Shown: positions 1 to 12,506 of the stretch, piece by piece
Layout: every line of letters begins with the position of its first letter
Position numbering within the stretch: the stretch's first letter is position 1
NCBI GenBank assembly: GCA_965649825.1
Contig: OZ287701.1
Coordinates: 423,101 to 487,100, forward strand
Length of the DNA: 64,000 nt
Reading direction: 5' to 3'
DNA from: Penicillus capitatus
Taxonomy: Eukaryota > Plantae > Chlorophyta
The notes under the pieces: model-generated
Told to the model about the DNA's origin: nothing
The model's input: only the letters and a program-made list of their open reading frames with translations
Databases searched by the model: none
Position numbers and translations under genes: made by a program

Positions 1-3000
1 GGATGACGTCCTTCCGGGGACGTCAACGGTCTTTGAGTATCTCCTGTTCAATGCAGCGCTCAGAATGCCACGCGATGTGACGCGACATCAGAAAGAGAAA
101 CGCGTGTTCGATGTCCTCCAGCAGCTGGGGTTGGCCAAAGTGGCACACAACTTTGTGGGAGACCAGTTTACTCGAGGCCTCTCAGGCACACACAGCTCTC
201 ACTCTTTTGCCGTCCTGAATCTCACTCTTTGCTAGGTGGCGAGAAGAGACGCGTGAGTATAGCATGCGAGTTGCTTGTCGGACCACGATTGGTTTTCTTG
301 GACGAGCCAACGACAGGTAGAGACGCGTCGATATGGGTAGGATCTGAAAGCGATCCTCTGGCTGAGCAGGACTGGACAGTACGAATGCTTCGAAAGTGAT
401 GGAGATACTGTCAGACATGGCAACTGGCGGCGTGGCTCTGGTCATGAGCATTCATCAACCACGGCCAGATCTCTTCCGAATGCTCGATCGGACCATGCTG
501 TTGTCTGGAAACGGACAGGTGGATGGCAGCATAGGTGTCACCCTTGCTGAGCGATACGTGTAGATTGTCTATACCGGACCCGCTTCGGGAGCAGAGGAGT
601 ACTTTCGGGCACTTGGTCACATATCTCCGCTCAGAACGGTACATATCATGGACTACATGCTCGATATCGTCATCAAGACATCCGACTCGACAGTTGAAGA
701 CATGGTCGATCGTTTTTCCAACTCGCACATCAAAGTACGCACACATCACACTTCTCACACATTGGAATGATGTGACATCTCGCGCAGGCGAGTGAGGATG
801 CTTACATGGCATCGCTTGAATGGACAGAGAACGATATCCCGCCACTCAAATTCCGCTCATCTTTCTTCCAGCAAGTCAGGTACCGTCCATCATCCACTTG
901 GTCGCCGTCTTATGTGTCATCCCAGGTGTCTATCGACACGGCTGATGCGCAACACCAGTCGTCATCCTTTTCTCATCGCACTGAACTTCGTTGCCACATT
1001 GAGCGTTGCGATCGCCCTCGGTCTCTTTTTCTACCAAACCAGTGAGCAGCATCTTCTGGCCGTCGACGCTCAGACCAACCCCCTCCTGTGATCAGATAAC
1101 AAAACAGACGGCATCCAGTGTCGCCTCGGCGTCCTGTTCTTCATCCTGATGTTTCTCTCCACGATGAGTCTCAGCTCCCTTCCCGTCTGGCGGTTCCTCC
1201 TTTTCCTCCCTCTGCGTCTTGTCCTGCATCTGTGGTGCTTAGGGAAGAGAGTCTGCTGTTTAAGAGGGAAAGGGGCAATGGTGTCTACGGTGCCTCGGCG
1301 TACTTTCTGTCGGTCCTGCTCTTCGATCTCATCCCCTTGCGTGTCTTACCACCGATGTTCTTCTCCATCATCTCCTACTGGCTTATGGATCTCCATCAGG
1401 GCTGTGCTCTCTGTATTCTCTGGTTCACACTGGTCACACTTTTCACTTTATGTACTGGTCACACAAATGCCATCTGTAGATTATCATCTTGACGAATGTG
1501 GTGGCGGCGCTGACAAGCATGATGATCGGCGCAGCGACACCTACAAACGCCGTTGCCAATGCTCTGGGCAGTCTTTTCGTCCTCATCTCTCTTCTCTTTG
1601 CTGGATACTTTCTTAACAATGACGAGATGCCTCGCTGGTGCAGGATTTTCTCCCTGGTCTCCTATCTTAACTATGGATACTCTGGATTGGTCGTCAACGA
1701 GTTTCACAATGCGCCAGGGGAATTCGAATTTACTGCCCTCATCGACAGCCAAGAATTCGTACCGCTAAGGATTCGAGGTCAGACGCACTCTTGTATCTCA
1801 TACCGTATTGCACAGAGCTGTCGTTTTAGGAAAGATGGTGTTATGTGAGTTCGGATTCGAGGACAAGCTCTTTGCCTTCTATGTCTTTATGCTGTTTATG
1901 ATCGGCGGTATCTGCTGCCTCATCACCTATGCCATACTGCTTGTCTCTGGATGGGATCTGTCACCATCGCTCGATATCACAAAGATCCGCTCGAAAGAAG
2001 CCGCACAAGCCGATGCAGAAACAAATGGGCTATCGATGCCGCACAGCCGACAGCTGTCGTTTCTCAAACAGTCTCTATCTGGCGGCGCAGAATCGCGATT
2101 CTACTCTCCGGATGTCCGTCAAGAAGACCAGAACAACAGATTCGATGGTGGATGGGATCAGCGTTACATGTATCGATTCCTGAACGACGAGGAAGGGACA
2201 CCGGTAGGCAGCATCGCCCACATCCATCTCGGCGAGATCTATGTGTGATTAGAGTGACATCAATCGCCTGACCCTCAGCTGGCAGAACATTACCTGCATC
2301 GTCTCTTCGACGCTTCTCTACAACGAACGCATTATTCTGCGAAACATCAGTGGTATTGCAGGCCCCCTGCCCATTGCCCCAACCAAAGTCTCCTCCCTTA
2401 CTTACTATGCTGCGTTGTGAATGGATGTGTTTGTTAGGTGTCGCCTTCCTTGGATGTATCGATGCGATCGATTCTGTTTGCCATCATGGGTCCTTCCGGA
2501 GCGGGAAAGACGACGTTGATCGACATCTTGGCCGGGAGAAAGAGAGACGTGGGAGTATCGGGTGACATACGCATCAATGGTCGCCCAGCAACGGCCAGTG
2601 TGACACGAAAGATCTCTGGTATGTTCCCCTCTAGCGCCGCCGCCGCCGCCTCAATCACGACGACGGTGTTGCAGGATACGTCCATCAGGACAACGTCTTA
2701 CCTGGAACGCCCACCGTCTTCGAGCACGTCATGTTTCACGCACAGCTCAGAATGAAACTGCACAACCGAGATCCAAAGTGAAGCGATCGCCCCATCGAGA
2801 TCTAGAGTACAGCGATGCGTCCAGAATGGCAGAACGGATCGTCAAAGAGCGCGTGCTGAGTGTTTGCCACAAGCTTGGACTGGACAAAGTGTTAGACAGT
2901 CGGATCGGAGACGCCCACATCCGAGGATTATCAGGTTGGGCTGCATCGCTCTGCAAAACTCATCGCGTCGCATTCAGGTGGCGAGAGACGTCGCGTCAGT

Positions 3001-4820
3001 ATCGCCTGTGAGTTGTTGGTTGGCCCTGGAATCATGTTTCTGGATGAACCCACAACAGGTGTCGTCTCTTCATCGCAGTGGCGGCGTTAAGGTTTGGATG
3101 GACAGGATTGGACAGCACCAACGCGACGCAAGTGGTGGATATTCTCTCGGAAATGGCGTCCGCTGGGGTCACGGTCATCATGAGCATCCACCAACCGCGT
3201 CCCTCTTTCTTCAATCTCATGGACAAGATCATGATGCTCTCGGGTGACGGCCAGGTCTGTCACATCATCCGCATCGATTGTGCTGCATATGTCCTTGCTG
3301 CTTCAGGTCGTCTTTACAGGATGCAGTTCTACAGCGGAACGGCATTTTGCCTCGCTTGGTCACGTCCCGCGAAATGAGACCATCGATATCTCCGACTTCG
3401 TACTGGATCTCGTCATCAAATCCAACCAAGAAACGGTCCAAGGCATAGTGGATGCCTACCAGTACATAACAAACCTCATCACGCATTACACTACTACCTA
3501 TGCCATTTCCTATTGCAGTGAGAGCGAAGCGTGTCACGAAGATGACCTCTGGACGGAACGCATCTGCAGTGCCGGTATGAATTCGGCAGAGGACACATCA
3601 TGGAGTCGATTCCTGCATTCGCATCTCAAATACCAATCCTCTCACTGGACGCAAATCAAGGCAGGACGACGTCCATTCTCACCTCCTCCTCCTCTATCCC
3701 TTCAACGCCTTCTCTAGGTCCTCTCTGCTCGAATGGGACGGAATCTCTATCGACATCCTCTGCTGCTGTTCGTCAATCTCTTCTCTGCCATCTTCATGTC
3801 TCTCATGCTGGGCACTGTCTACTGGGATATCAGTAAGAGAGAAATCTCACACATTCTCACTCATTAAGTGCTTGCTTGGCTTAGGTGTCAACACGGCTGG
3901 CATCCAGAACCGTGTGGGTGCGCTGTTCTTCATCATTACCTATCTCTCTCTTATGAGTCTGAGTTCTCTGCCTCTCTGGCACGATGAGCGATTGCTCTTT
4001 GTTCGGGAACGGGCGTCTGGGGCATACGGCACGACCTCATACTTCATTGCGAGTGTTCTCTTCGATGTGCTCCCAATGCGCGTCGTGCCTCCCTGTTTTT
4101 TCGCCCTCTTCTCTTACTGGATGATCGGCTTCAATGGCTCCACAGGTAACGTCCTCCCTTCCTCATACCCAGAACCAACGCTCGTCTGTTCCAGTGGCCG
4201 TCCTGCGTTTCCTCTTGGTCGTCATTCTCTGCAACGTGGCAGCCTCGACGTTCAGTTTAGCCATCGGAGCGATGCTGGATTCGACAAGCATGGCCAATCT
4301 GGTTGCCAGTCTCTTCATTCTGATGGCCAACTTGCTCGGCGGGTTCTTCCTCAGTCGTAAACGTCTTCTCAAAGGACTGGTCAAAGTGGTCGACGTCCTT
4401 TCCAAGCTCTCCTATGTCCGTTACGCCTTCGAGGCCCTTCTGATCAACGAATTCCACGAAGAATACGGTTTTCGGTTAACCGCCAGTTACCGTTGCATTC
4501 CGCCCGATCAGCAAACGGGTGTTGGATTTGGCGTGACAGGAGACGAAGTCCTGAAGACGTTTGGTTTTCCGATCGCCTGGGAAAACTTCGTTCTCGATAT
4601 CATCGGCCTGCTGCTCTTCATCTTCGTCCACTCTCTCGTTATCTTTCTCCTCTTCAAATTCCGTGATCGACCAGGGCAGGCCCCTCTCTGGAACAAAATT
4701 ACCCACGGGATCAAACGCCTCCTGCCGCATCGCCATACCGACACTGTCATGCGTCGCCGCTCTATGAGCAGAGATCCGCTGTTACCTGTTAACGACACGC
4801 ACAGTTCTGTTCTTGAATGA
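1..4820 (+). CDS. Full-size ABCG transporter (NBD-TMD-NBD-TMD), multi-exon, 5' end outside the window
   Basis: First half gives LSG|[22 protein letters not shown] plus a TMD. After an intron near 2203-2251 the frame continues [15 protein letters not shown], then a second Walker [10 protein letters not shown], signature LSG|[22 protein letters not shown] and a second TMD ending at the 4820 stop. Confidence 0.9.
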
Positions 4821-4891
4821 CGAACCGTCAAAAACTAGGATCTGTTAAAGTACTGTTCGCAGAAGAGAGCCTTCGGCGATGCGTTCAATCA

Positions 4892-4963
4892 AGGTCGTAC
4901 CGAGATTCGAACTCGGGTTATTGGATTCAGAGTCCAATGTCATAACCACTAGACCATACGACC
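4892..4963 (-). tRNA. trnQ-CUG: tRNA-Gln(CTG)
   Basis: Reverse complement is GGTCGTATGGTCTAGTGGTTATGACATTGGACTCTGAATCCAATAACCCGAGTTCGAATCTCGGTACGACCT: 7-bp acceptor stem, TTGGA/TCCAA anticodon stem with CTG, GTTCGAATC T-loop, 72 nt. Confidence 0.97.
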
Positions 4964-5190
4964 GCCTCGTTCTTTACGGTTGTTTTGCCCACATGGCATG
5001 AGGAGGCGTGTCGTGCCTGCGTGGCATGAAGGTCCTTTGCATCGGCGTGACCCATCACGCGATATATCCGCCCATCACTTGGTGCGACTCCTCGTTATTG
5101 GACTGCCCCCTTCGACTGCCGAGCATCGTTCTGTGCAGATTTCGTCATCGTCCGCGTTCTCTCCTTCGTTTTTCGTTGTTCGTTTGGTAA

Positions 5191-7055
5191 ATGGCCGCTC
5201 CAGCTGTCGATGCTTCGCGTGTGGCTGAGGAGATAGGGGGAGCGCCGCCCGAGACGCCGCTTCTCAAGGAGTCGGCGGATTGGAAGCTCCATGCGCCGGC
5301 TTACAAGATCGACCCACGTGACGTCGATACCCCCGACAGTTGGGTGCCGCGTAACAAGAGCATGTCGCGCAACACGGGTCGCCATCCCTTTAACTCGGAG
5401 GCGCCGATTGACGAGCTCATGGATGCCGGATTTATCACACCGGTCTCGCTTCACATTGTCCGAAACCACGGCGCCGTGCCAAAACTCGACTGGAAGACGC
5501 ATCGTATAGAGATTGGTGGCATGGTGGAGAAGCCCATGTCGATCAGCATGGACGAATTGGTGAAGTTCAAGACCATCACCGTCGCAGCAACGGTGACCTG
5601 TGCGGGAAATCGCCGCAAAGAGGAGAACATGATTAAGCGCACCATCGGATTTGATTGGGGGGCATCTGCCACATCGTGCAGTTACTGGACAGGTGCGATG
5701 GATGCAGAGGAACATGTGTGCCAATGTATATACCAGGTGTGAGATTGTGTGACATTTTGAGACACGTCGGGGCAAAGGGACCGAATCAAGGCGCAAAGTA
5801 TGTCTGTTTTCGTGGGCCGCTCGGTGAGCTGCCCCAAGGAGAAGACGGCTCATACGGCACGTCCATGACATTGAGTCATGCAATGGATCCGGCAAACGAC
5901 GTCATCCTTGCTTTCAAGCAGAATGGAAGGTCACTCTTCTCACTCTTCTTGCATCAGGCGCATGAGCATTGTCTACGGTAGATGGTTGGCTCCGGATCAT
6001 GGATTTCCCGTTCGATTGTTGATTCCGGGATTCATCGGAGGCCGAATGGTTAAGTGGCTCTGCGAGATCACCGTGACAACGGCAGAGTCGAACAATCACT
6101 ATCACTTCTTCGACAATCGCGTCTTGCCTCCTCATGTCGACAAAGACATTGCCAAGGCCGAAGGTGATCCCCCTTCATAACCGTCATCCTTTGAGAGTGC
6201 CGTTTCAGGATGGTGGTTCAAACCGGACTACATTATCAATGAACTCAACATCAACTCGGCCGTGGCCAGACCGTGGCACGATGAAGTCGTTCTAATGAAT
6301 GAGAATAAACCGTACACCATCACAGGCTACGCCTACACAGGTGTGACTTGTCTGAGATATCGGGTCCTGAAGGATGTGTGTGGGTTGAAGGCGGCGGGCG
6401 TTTCGTTATTCGTTGCGAAGTGTCGCTGGACGACGGCAAGACGTGGCGTCAAGCCAACATCCGTCGTTTTGAGAAACCGAATCCCTACGGCAAGTACTGG
6501 TCCTGGGTGTTCTGGGATCTGACCGTTTCGACCTTTGAGTTTACACAATGCAAGGAACTGCTGTGCCGTTCTTGGGATTCTTCTCAGAACGGACAGCCAG
6601 AGCACATCACATGGAATGTCATGGGTATGATGAACAACTGCTATTTCCGTATCCAGATCCATCCCTACAACCATGGCAGCAGCATCGGACTGCGTTTTCA
6701 ACATCCGGCGCCGCTGTATGAAGGCAAGATCGGAACAAAAGGGTGGAGAGAGGCAACGGCACCCGTCGAGGTCGATGCGAAAGCCGAAGTAAAGGCGTCG
6801 ACGATCAAGAAAGAGACAAAGGTGGTTAAGTACACGATGGAAGAGATCGAGAAGCACGACAACGAGAAGTCCTGTTGGTTCGTGCGTGGCGGCCGCGTTT
6901 ACGATGCGACATCGTATCTGGATGATCATCCTGGCGGCGCAGAGTCCATTCTGCTAGTGGCTGGGCAAGACGCCACCGTCGAGTTTGATTCGGTGCACTC
7001 CGAAGAGGCCAAGAAGCAGTTGGAAGATTACTACATTGGAGACGTCGCTCCATAA
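5191..7055 (+). CDS. NIA: Nitrate reductase-type protein with Moco, dimerisation and cytochrome b5 domains, lacking the C-terminal FAD/NAD(P)H domain
   Basis: Motifs [18 protein letters not shown] (Moco Cys), [33 protein letters not shown] and b5 heme motifs HPGG / HSEEA. TAA at 7053-7055 follows directly after the b5 domain. About five exons. Confidence 0.92.
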
Positions 7056-7130
7056 GCCAAACAATTTGAAGAATGTGACTGTTGTGAATGCTTTGTTGAC
7101 GGCGTTTGATTTTTGACTCGATTCCGTCGT

Positions 7131-9007
7131 TTAACACGGACGCTGTGTTCGGTAGAGAGCATCGGCAAGGGAGAGCACCCCGCAGGCCATCTCAGGGTTA
7201 TGCATACGGATGATATCCGCTCCGTTGCGCACGCAGTCCAGTGCAGCAGCACAAGAGATGACATCTCGCTCCTGTGGCGCATTCTGCCCTGAGTGAACAT
7301 CGATCGTTCGGCCAGGGGATGTGACGTGCGATGAGGTGCGTCCACCTGTGAAGGCTGTTAGGAAGCGTTTGCGTGAGAGGCCAATAAGCAACGGCATCTT
7401 GGCACAGGTGCCTCTGAAAATCTCCCGTTTCATGCGTCCCAACTCCTGTAGCACCTTGAACGACGTTTCAGTCGTTTTGGAGAAACCGATGCCTGTCCAT
7501 TCCACGCAGCGTGATTAAGGATCGAGTGCGAGCACGTGGTGGATGGACACCTGGATCTAGGATCTGTTTCCATGCAGGGATGCCGCATTCCATCGACTCC
7601 TCGGACACGATCTGCAATTCCATGCCGATGTCTCGCAACGGATCGGTAGAGTAGCTGAGATTCTCGACGTGGGTCATCGTCTGTGGTGTTCCTCTCATGT
7701 GCATCAGAAGCATGGGCACATCCAACTCTGCCACCTAAGGTCTCACGGCTCACGATCGAACGGACAGGAGGGGCTCGGAACACTGTTTGTCGCATCTGCG
7801 GATCTCTCTCCCCGGCAGAGATATCGTTCACCAGATCTGCTCCCAATTCGATGGCCTCTCGGGCGACGGAAGCATAGAAGCTGTCGATTGAGAGATAGGG
7901 ACACGTTTCGCCCAACGCCTCTTTCAGTAGCCTGAATCGCAGATGTGTTTTTAGTACATAAGAGAAAAACGCATCTTCTGCCTGATGACGGCGAAAACGC
8001 GTTCGCCTTCGATCTCTTCGGCCACGGCCGATGCGCCAGGACGCGTGGACTGACCTCCGATGTCAATAATACGTGCGCCGCACGAGACTGCCTCTACAGG
8101 ACACACACTTGAATCATATTGTGATGTGACAGCACAGTACTTTGGGCACTCTCGACCACAGCCGCTTTGTTCAGCTCCTGTCGATTTCCCATAAGAAAGC
8201 TCCCGCCATCGCTGAAGCTATCAGGGGTAATGTTCAGAATATGCATCATCCATGTTTTGGTGCCAAATGCCTCTAAGCGATCTCTGCCCAGAACGGTCAC
8301 CTGACGCACCTTCTTGTCGTCGTCTCCGATCGGCACCTTCTCTACCTCAGACAGCCGATCTCTCACCTAAGCCGCCGCCTCAGCTGAGCATATAGATATC
8401 GTAATCGAACCGGATGCGGCGAAGCTGTGTGGACGGAAAAGTAAGACTGTGCCAGATCTCGCAACGGAACCTTCACAAAGTCTCGCGCCATCCATCTATC
8501 CACACAAAAGTGTGACCTCTCTTCATTGTGTGATATCGTTACCTAGGATGTGGAATCGTGAGGTCGTCTTCGCGCATCTCTTGGTTTCCATAGAAGATAA
8601 TGTCCAGGTCAATGGATCGTGGGCCATAACGCATGGCGGTAAAATCCCTTCCCATCTCCGCTTCGATCTGTTTGAGCTTTTGCAGCAGCGTCCTCGGAGG
8701 ATCAGATGTCGTAGCCAGTACAGCAGCGTTCAGAAAATCAGGTTGATTCGTGATCTCTTCGGGGGATGTCTCGTACAGGCATGAATATCTCAAGATCTAA
8801 ATGTGATGTGACAGCTGGCCATATCGAAACGCCTCGACCCTACTCAAACCTGCACTCCGATCTGGCGCATTCCTCTCAGAGCAGCCGACAGATTTCGACA
8901 CCGATTCCCCTAGTCTCATATCCGTCCTCTTGCGCTACGTAGTGCGGAATGTTGGAGCCTACAATATTCGTGCCCAGTGCGATGACGACCTCCGCTGCAC
9001 CGGCCAT
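7131..9007 (-). CDS. folK/folP: Bifunctional HPPK-DHPS (folate synthesis)
   Basis: Spliced start MAGAAEVVIALGTNI|GNR, HPPK motif YGPRSIDLDII and IPHPR. DHPS motifs MHILNITPDSFSDGG, NDISAG, LMHMRGTP, ILDPG, IGLSRKRFL and DIIRMHN. Confidence 0.92.
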
Positions 9008-9140
9008 CGCAGTGTCCCTTCGTTCTGTTCACCACACGTCACATCACAGATCAAAATATTTGAGGCAACGATCTCTTGTCGTGTGGCTAACACGGTGACC
9101 CCTGTACCCTCTGCACCTCCATCCGCCCGTCGTCGTCTCT
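9008..9140. promoter_or_regulatory. Putative bidirectional promoter between HPPK-DHPS and FNR
   Basis: Only 133 bp separate the divergent start codons (9007 minus, 9141 plus). Contains GTCACATCA at 9038-9046. Confidence 0.55.
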
Positions 9141-10477
9141 ATGGCTACCAAGGTAACGCCAAAGCCACGACGGTGCTATTCTCGAGGGGCATCCCATTCC
9201 GCAACGTCGCGTCAAAATCCCGTCCACCACTGAACGACGCTGTGTGTTCTCTAGTTCGTCACCGTTGGAGCGTCCTCGACCCATAGCCGTTCGGTACGTC
9301 GTCCTGCCCCTTGGCGCTGTCTTGACATACGCTTGCTGTGATCTTCAGTTCTATGGACCGCCGCGTGTTACCTCCAGTCCTCTCAGGCGGCCAGGCCTGT
9401 CGCGTAAAGGCTGTTCGATCTTCGCCTCGGCTGAAGTGAGCAGCGGCACGCGCAAGGACGTACCGCTCGAGCTGGAAGAAATTGGATTGCCCATGAATAC
9501 GTACTCGCCCAAGAAGCCTTTCACTGGCAAAGTCCGATCCGTCGAGCGCATCGTCGGGCCCAAGGCAACAGGAGAGACCTGTCACATCATCATTGAGACG
9601 GACGGGAAGATCCCGTTCGTCGAGGGACAGAGCTATGGTGTGATCCCACCGGGTACCAAAATCAACAGCCGTGGCAAAGAAGTCCCGCTCGGTACACGGC
9701 TCTACTCTATCGCCTCCACGCGCTATGGAGATTCTTTTGACGGCAATACGACATCCCTCTGCGTCCGACGGGCGACATACTGGGATGCGGATCTCGGCAA
9801 AGAAGATCCAGCCAAGAAAGGCATCTGCTCGAACTACCTCTGCGATGCGAAGCCAGGACAGCCCGTGACGATGACAGGGCCAACTGGGAAGATTCTGCTG
9901 ATGCCTGAAGATCAGAACACCCCCGTCATCATGGTGGCCACCGGAACGGGCATCGCACCGTACAGAGCGTTCTGGAGACGTATGTTTATGGAGAAGATCC
10001 CGAGCTATAACTTCACTGGACTGGCCTGGCTGTTCATGGGTGTGGCGAATTCGGATGCCAAACTCTACGACGATGAGATCCAGGAATTGGTCAGGTCGTT
10101 TCCCGATCAATTCCGAGTGGACTATGCCCTGTCGAGAGAGCAGAAGAACAAAGAGGGCGGCAAGATGTACATCCAGGCATGTCCTCGTAGGCTCTCACTC
10201 TTTTTCTCACTCTTCTTTAATGTTCAGGACAAGATGAAGGAGTACGCCACGGAGCTTTTTGATCTCCTGGCCAACGGAGCCCACATCTACTTCTGTGGAC
10301 TGAAAGGAATGATGCCAGGTGTGAGACGTCACGATCATCTCGCCCCAAAAGAGTGAGAACTGTTGCGAAGGTATCGACAGTATGTTGAGAGATGTGGCGA
10401 CGAATCAAGGACTGGACTACGATGAATGGCTCAAAGGACTGAAAGAGCGTGGCACGTGGCACGTCGAAGTCTACTGA
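9141..10477 (+). CDS. petH: Plastid ferredoxin-NADP+ reductase with transit peptide
   Basis: Spliced N-terminus MATK|[13 protein letters not shown]|FYGPP.., motifs [36 protein letters not shown] and C-terminal WHVEVY*. Confidence 0.96.
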
Positions 10478-10616
10478 ACAGCCTGACGCAGCTTCCTCTT
10501 TGAAGCTCCTTTCCTGAATATTGTTTCTTTTTTCACGATTTCTGAAAAGAGCGAGTGCAGTTAGGCCATTTTTAATGGACCAAAACGTTTGTCATTAAGA
10601 CTAGACGGGATCTGAC

Positions 10617-11424
10617 ATGCTGCGTGTTCTGTCCAGACGCGTCGCGCTGTGGGCCGTAAGCATCGCCAGACGATCAGGGGTGTGTGCAAATGCGATGTGG
10701 GGAAGGGTAGACCGGCCACGAGACGTGGACCTCGGCGACGTTGCTTCAGTGTCGTTGGCGCAACGACGTCGTCGCGCCACCAAAGCCACCGGAACACCTT
10801 CCGGCTGAGATCTTCGAGTGGGACTTCCTTATCAACAACTCGGAGACAGAGGAAGAGAAGCAAGAGGTCTTGCGCCTTAAGGGCCTCTACCACGAGGCAG
10901 AGCTGCTGAACAAGAAGACCTTCAAAGTCACGTCCCATCACTGTCAATGTCACACTTTTGACGCGATATGTAGACGACGGTGGACTGGGAAGAGTTTGAA
11001 GGAAGGGTCCCAGAGCCGATTATCCAAAAGTACAAGGCGATCTACGCTGGTGCGGCGAAATGATGTGACGTTTGTGTGAGATCGTGGTCGTGCCCTGCAG
11101 AGGCGGTGAAGGATTACGAGGCGGGAAAATTCGATCTGTCGTTCGATCAGGCAGTCTGGGATCAGAAGACGGGCGCCATCATGAACCACGTACAGGCCAT
11201 TGTCGCCGACGCCAAAAAGCGTATGGAGCACCTGGAGATCGAAATCCAGAATACCGAAGCACGCCTGGTCATCCATCACGTCACATCGCGATCGTCTGCA
11301 TGATGTGACTGACGTCTAGACGCGTTTGGAGACGGCGACGCTCGAAGAGGAGCTCGCGGCAGATCCAGAGCTGGCGAAGAAAGTCGACGATGCCGTTTCA
11401 AAAGAACTCGGTTACAATCCCTAA
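10617..11424 (+). CDS. ATP7: Mitochondrial ATP synthase subunit d, plant type
   Basis: Spliced product FEWDFLINNSETEEEKQEVLRLK..VDWEEFEGRVPEPIIQKYKAIY..RLETATLEEELAADPELAKKVDDAVSKELGYNP matches the pattern of plant subunit d as recalled; N-terminal presequence MLRVLSRR. Confidence 0.78.
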
Positions 11425-11468
11425 CAACGCTCGATGGCTCGATGGATAGACATGGCGAGGGACATCTA

Positions 11469-11888
11469 CTAATCATTGAGTCGTCGCAGGAGCCGTTCTC
11501 GAACAACGGCATCCGGCAATGAACATGTGTCTTTCTTGCCGAACAGATTGTAACGGTTCTCTGCAACACGTGTGTACATCCAGTCACGCAGGAAGGTGGG
11601 TACGGCGAGACAGCACCATGCCCAGGACCAAGGAAAACTCAGATGCGTCAGAATGCGCAAAACGGCGGTGGATTTGACGTAACAGGCTTCGCTTTTGCCA
11701 GAGGTTTCGACGAGGATGATGGTTTTGAGGTCGAGGGGGAGGTCATAGAGTTTGAGAATCTGCTGACCCGCGTTGCTCTGCTGCGTCTCGAAAAGAAAGA
11801 GGCCTCCAGTGTCGCGTTGGGCGACAAAACGAGCGAAGCCGTCGCACAGTAGACACTCTCCGTCCACGAGAACAACACGCGATTCCAT
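11469..11888 (-). CDS. DCC-family thiol-disulfide oxidoreductase (DUF393)
   Basis: Single exon; N-terminal DGECLLC (DxxCxxC) motif and RDWMYTRVAENRYNLFGK. Confidence 0.9.
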   Translation of the reverse strand: MESRVVLVDGECLLCDGFARFVAQRDTGGLFLFETQQSNAGQQILKLYDLPLDLKTIILVETSGKSEACYVKSTAVLRILTHLSFPWSWAWCCLAVPTFLRDWMYTRVAENRYNLFGKKDTCSLPDAVVRERLLRRLND

Positions 11889-12506
11889 ACAAAAAATGTC
11901 GCAAATGTCGATTCAGTCCGCTTACGGTCAAGGTGGCGTACGTCACTGTCTACGTTCGCCTACGAGCTCAACCGGTGGCTAACCCGTAAGCTGATGTGAC
12001 AGGTCGTCTCGAAGATATGGGACATGAATGGCGTGGCGTTCCGTCTGTGAAGACGGGTGTCATAAGGACTTGGTGTCTCACTCAGGTATTATTTAGAGGT
12101 GAGACATGGTGTGCGTGAGAGGATCTCTTTTTCGTACGAACAGAATGGTTTAATGACATGATGTTCCACTTATCGAGACCTGCAAGAAGATCCGACAATC
12201 GGTCATGTGTCTTATGTAACAATGAAATGAAGCTCGTTGAAATGGTCAAACGACTCAGGATCGTCATCTTACGAGCTGTACAAAATGCATTGGGGAAGCA
12301 TGCCACTCTCAGAAATGTGACGCGTGAAAGATCAACCTTCCCGGGTCTCCCTTATTTGACGTGGTGGATAATGTGCGAATGCTTGTACTGTGTTGAGTCT
12401 CATAGCCAGTTCTAAAGTTAATCAATGTGGGGCAGAAAGAAAAGAAAAAACAGTGTATACAACCAGTTCTAAAGTTAATCGATGTCGGGAAAAAAACAGT
12501 CTGGGT

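Noticed and set aside
7053-7130. TAA read-through (TAR=Gln code) extending nitrate reductase
   Set aside because: Other genes here end in TAA (11424, 42194); read-through would hit TGA about 20 codons later and collide with DHPS.
12404-12500. Imperfect direct repeat ccagttctaaagttaatc x2
   Set aside because: Simple local duplication in 3' flanking DNA; no further copies seen.
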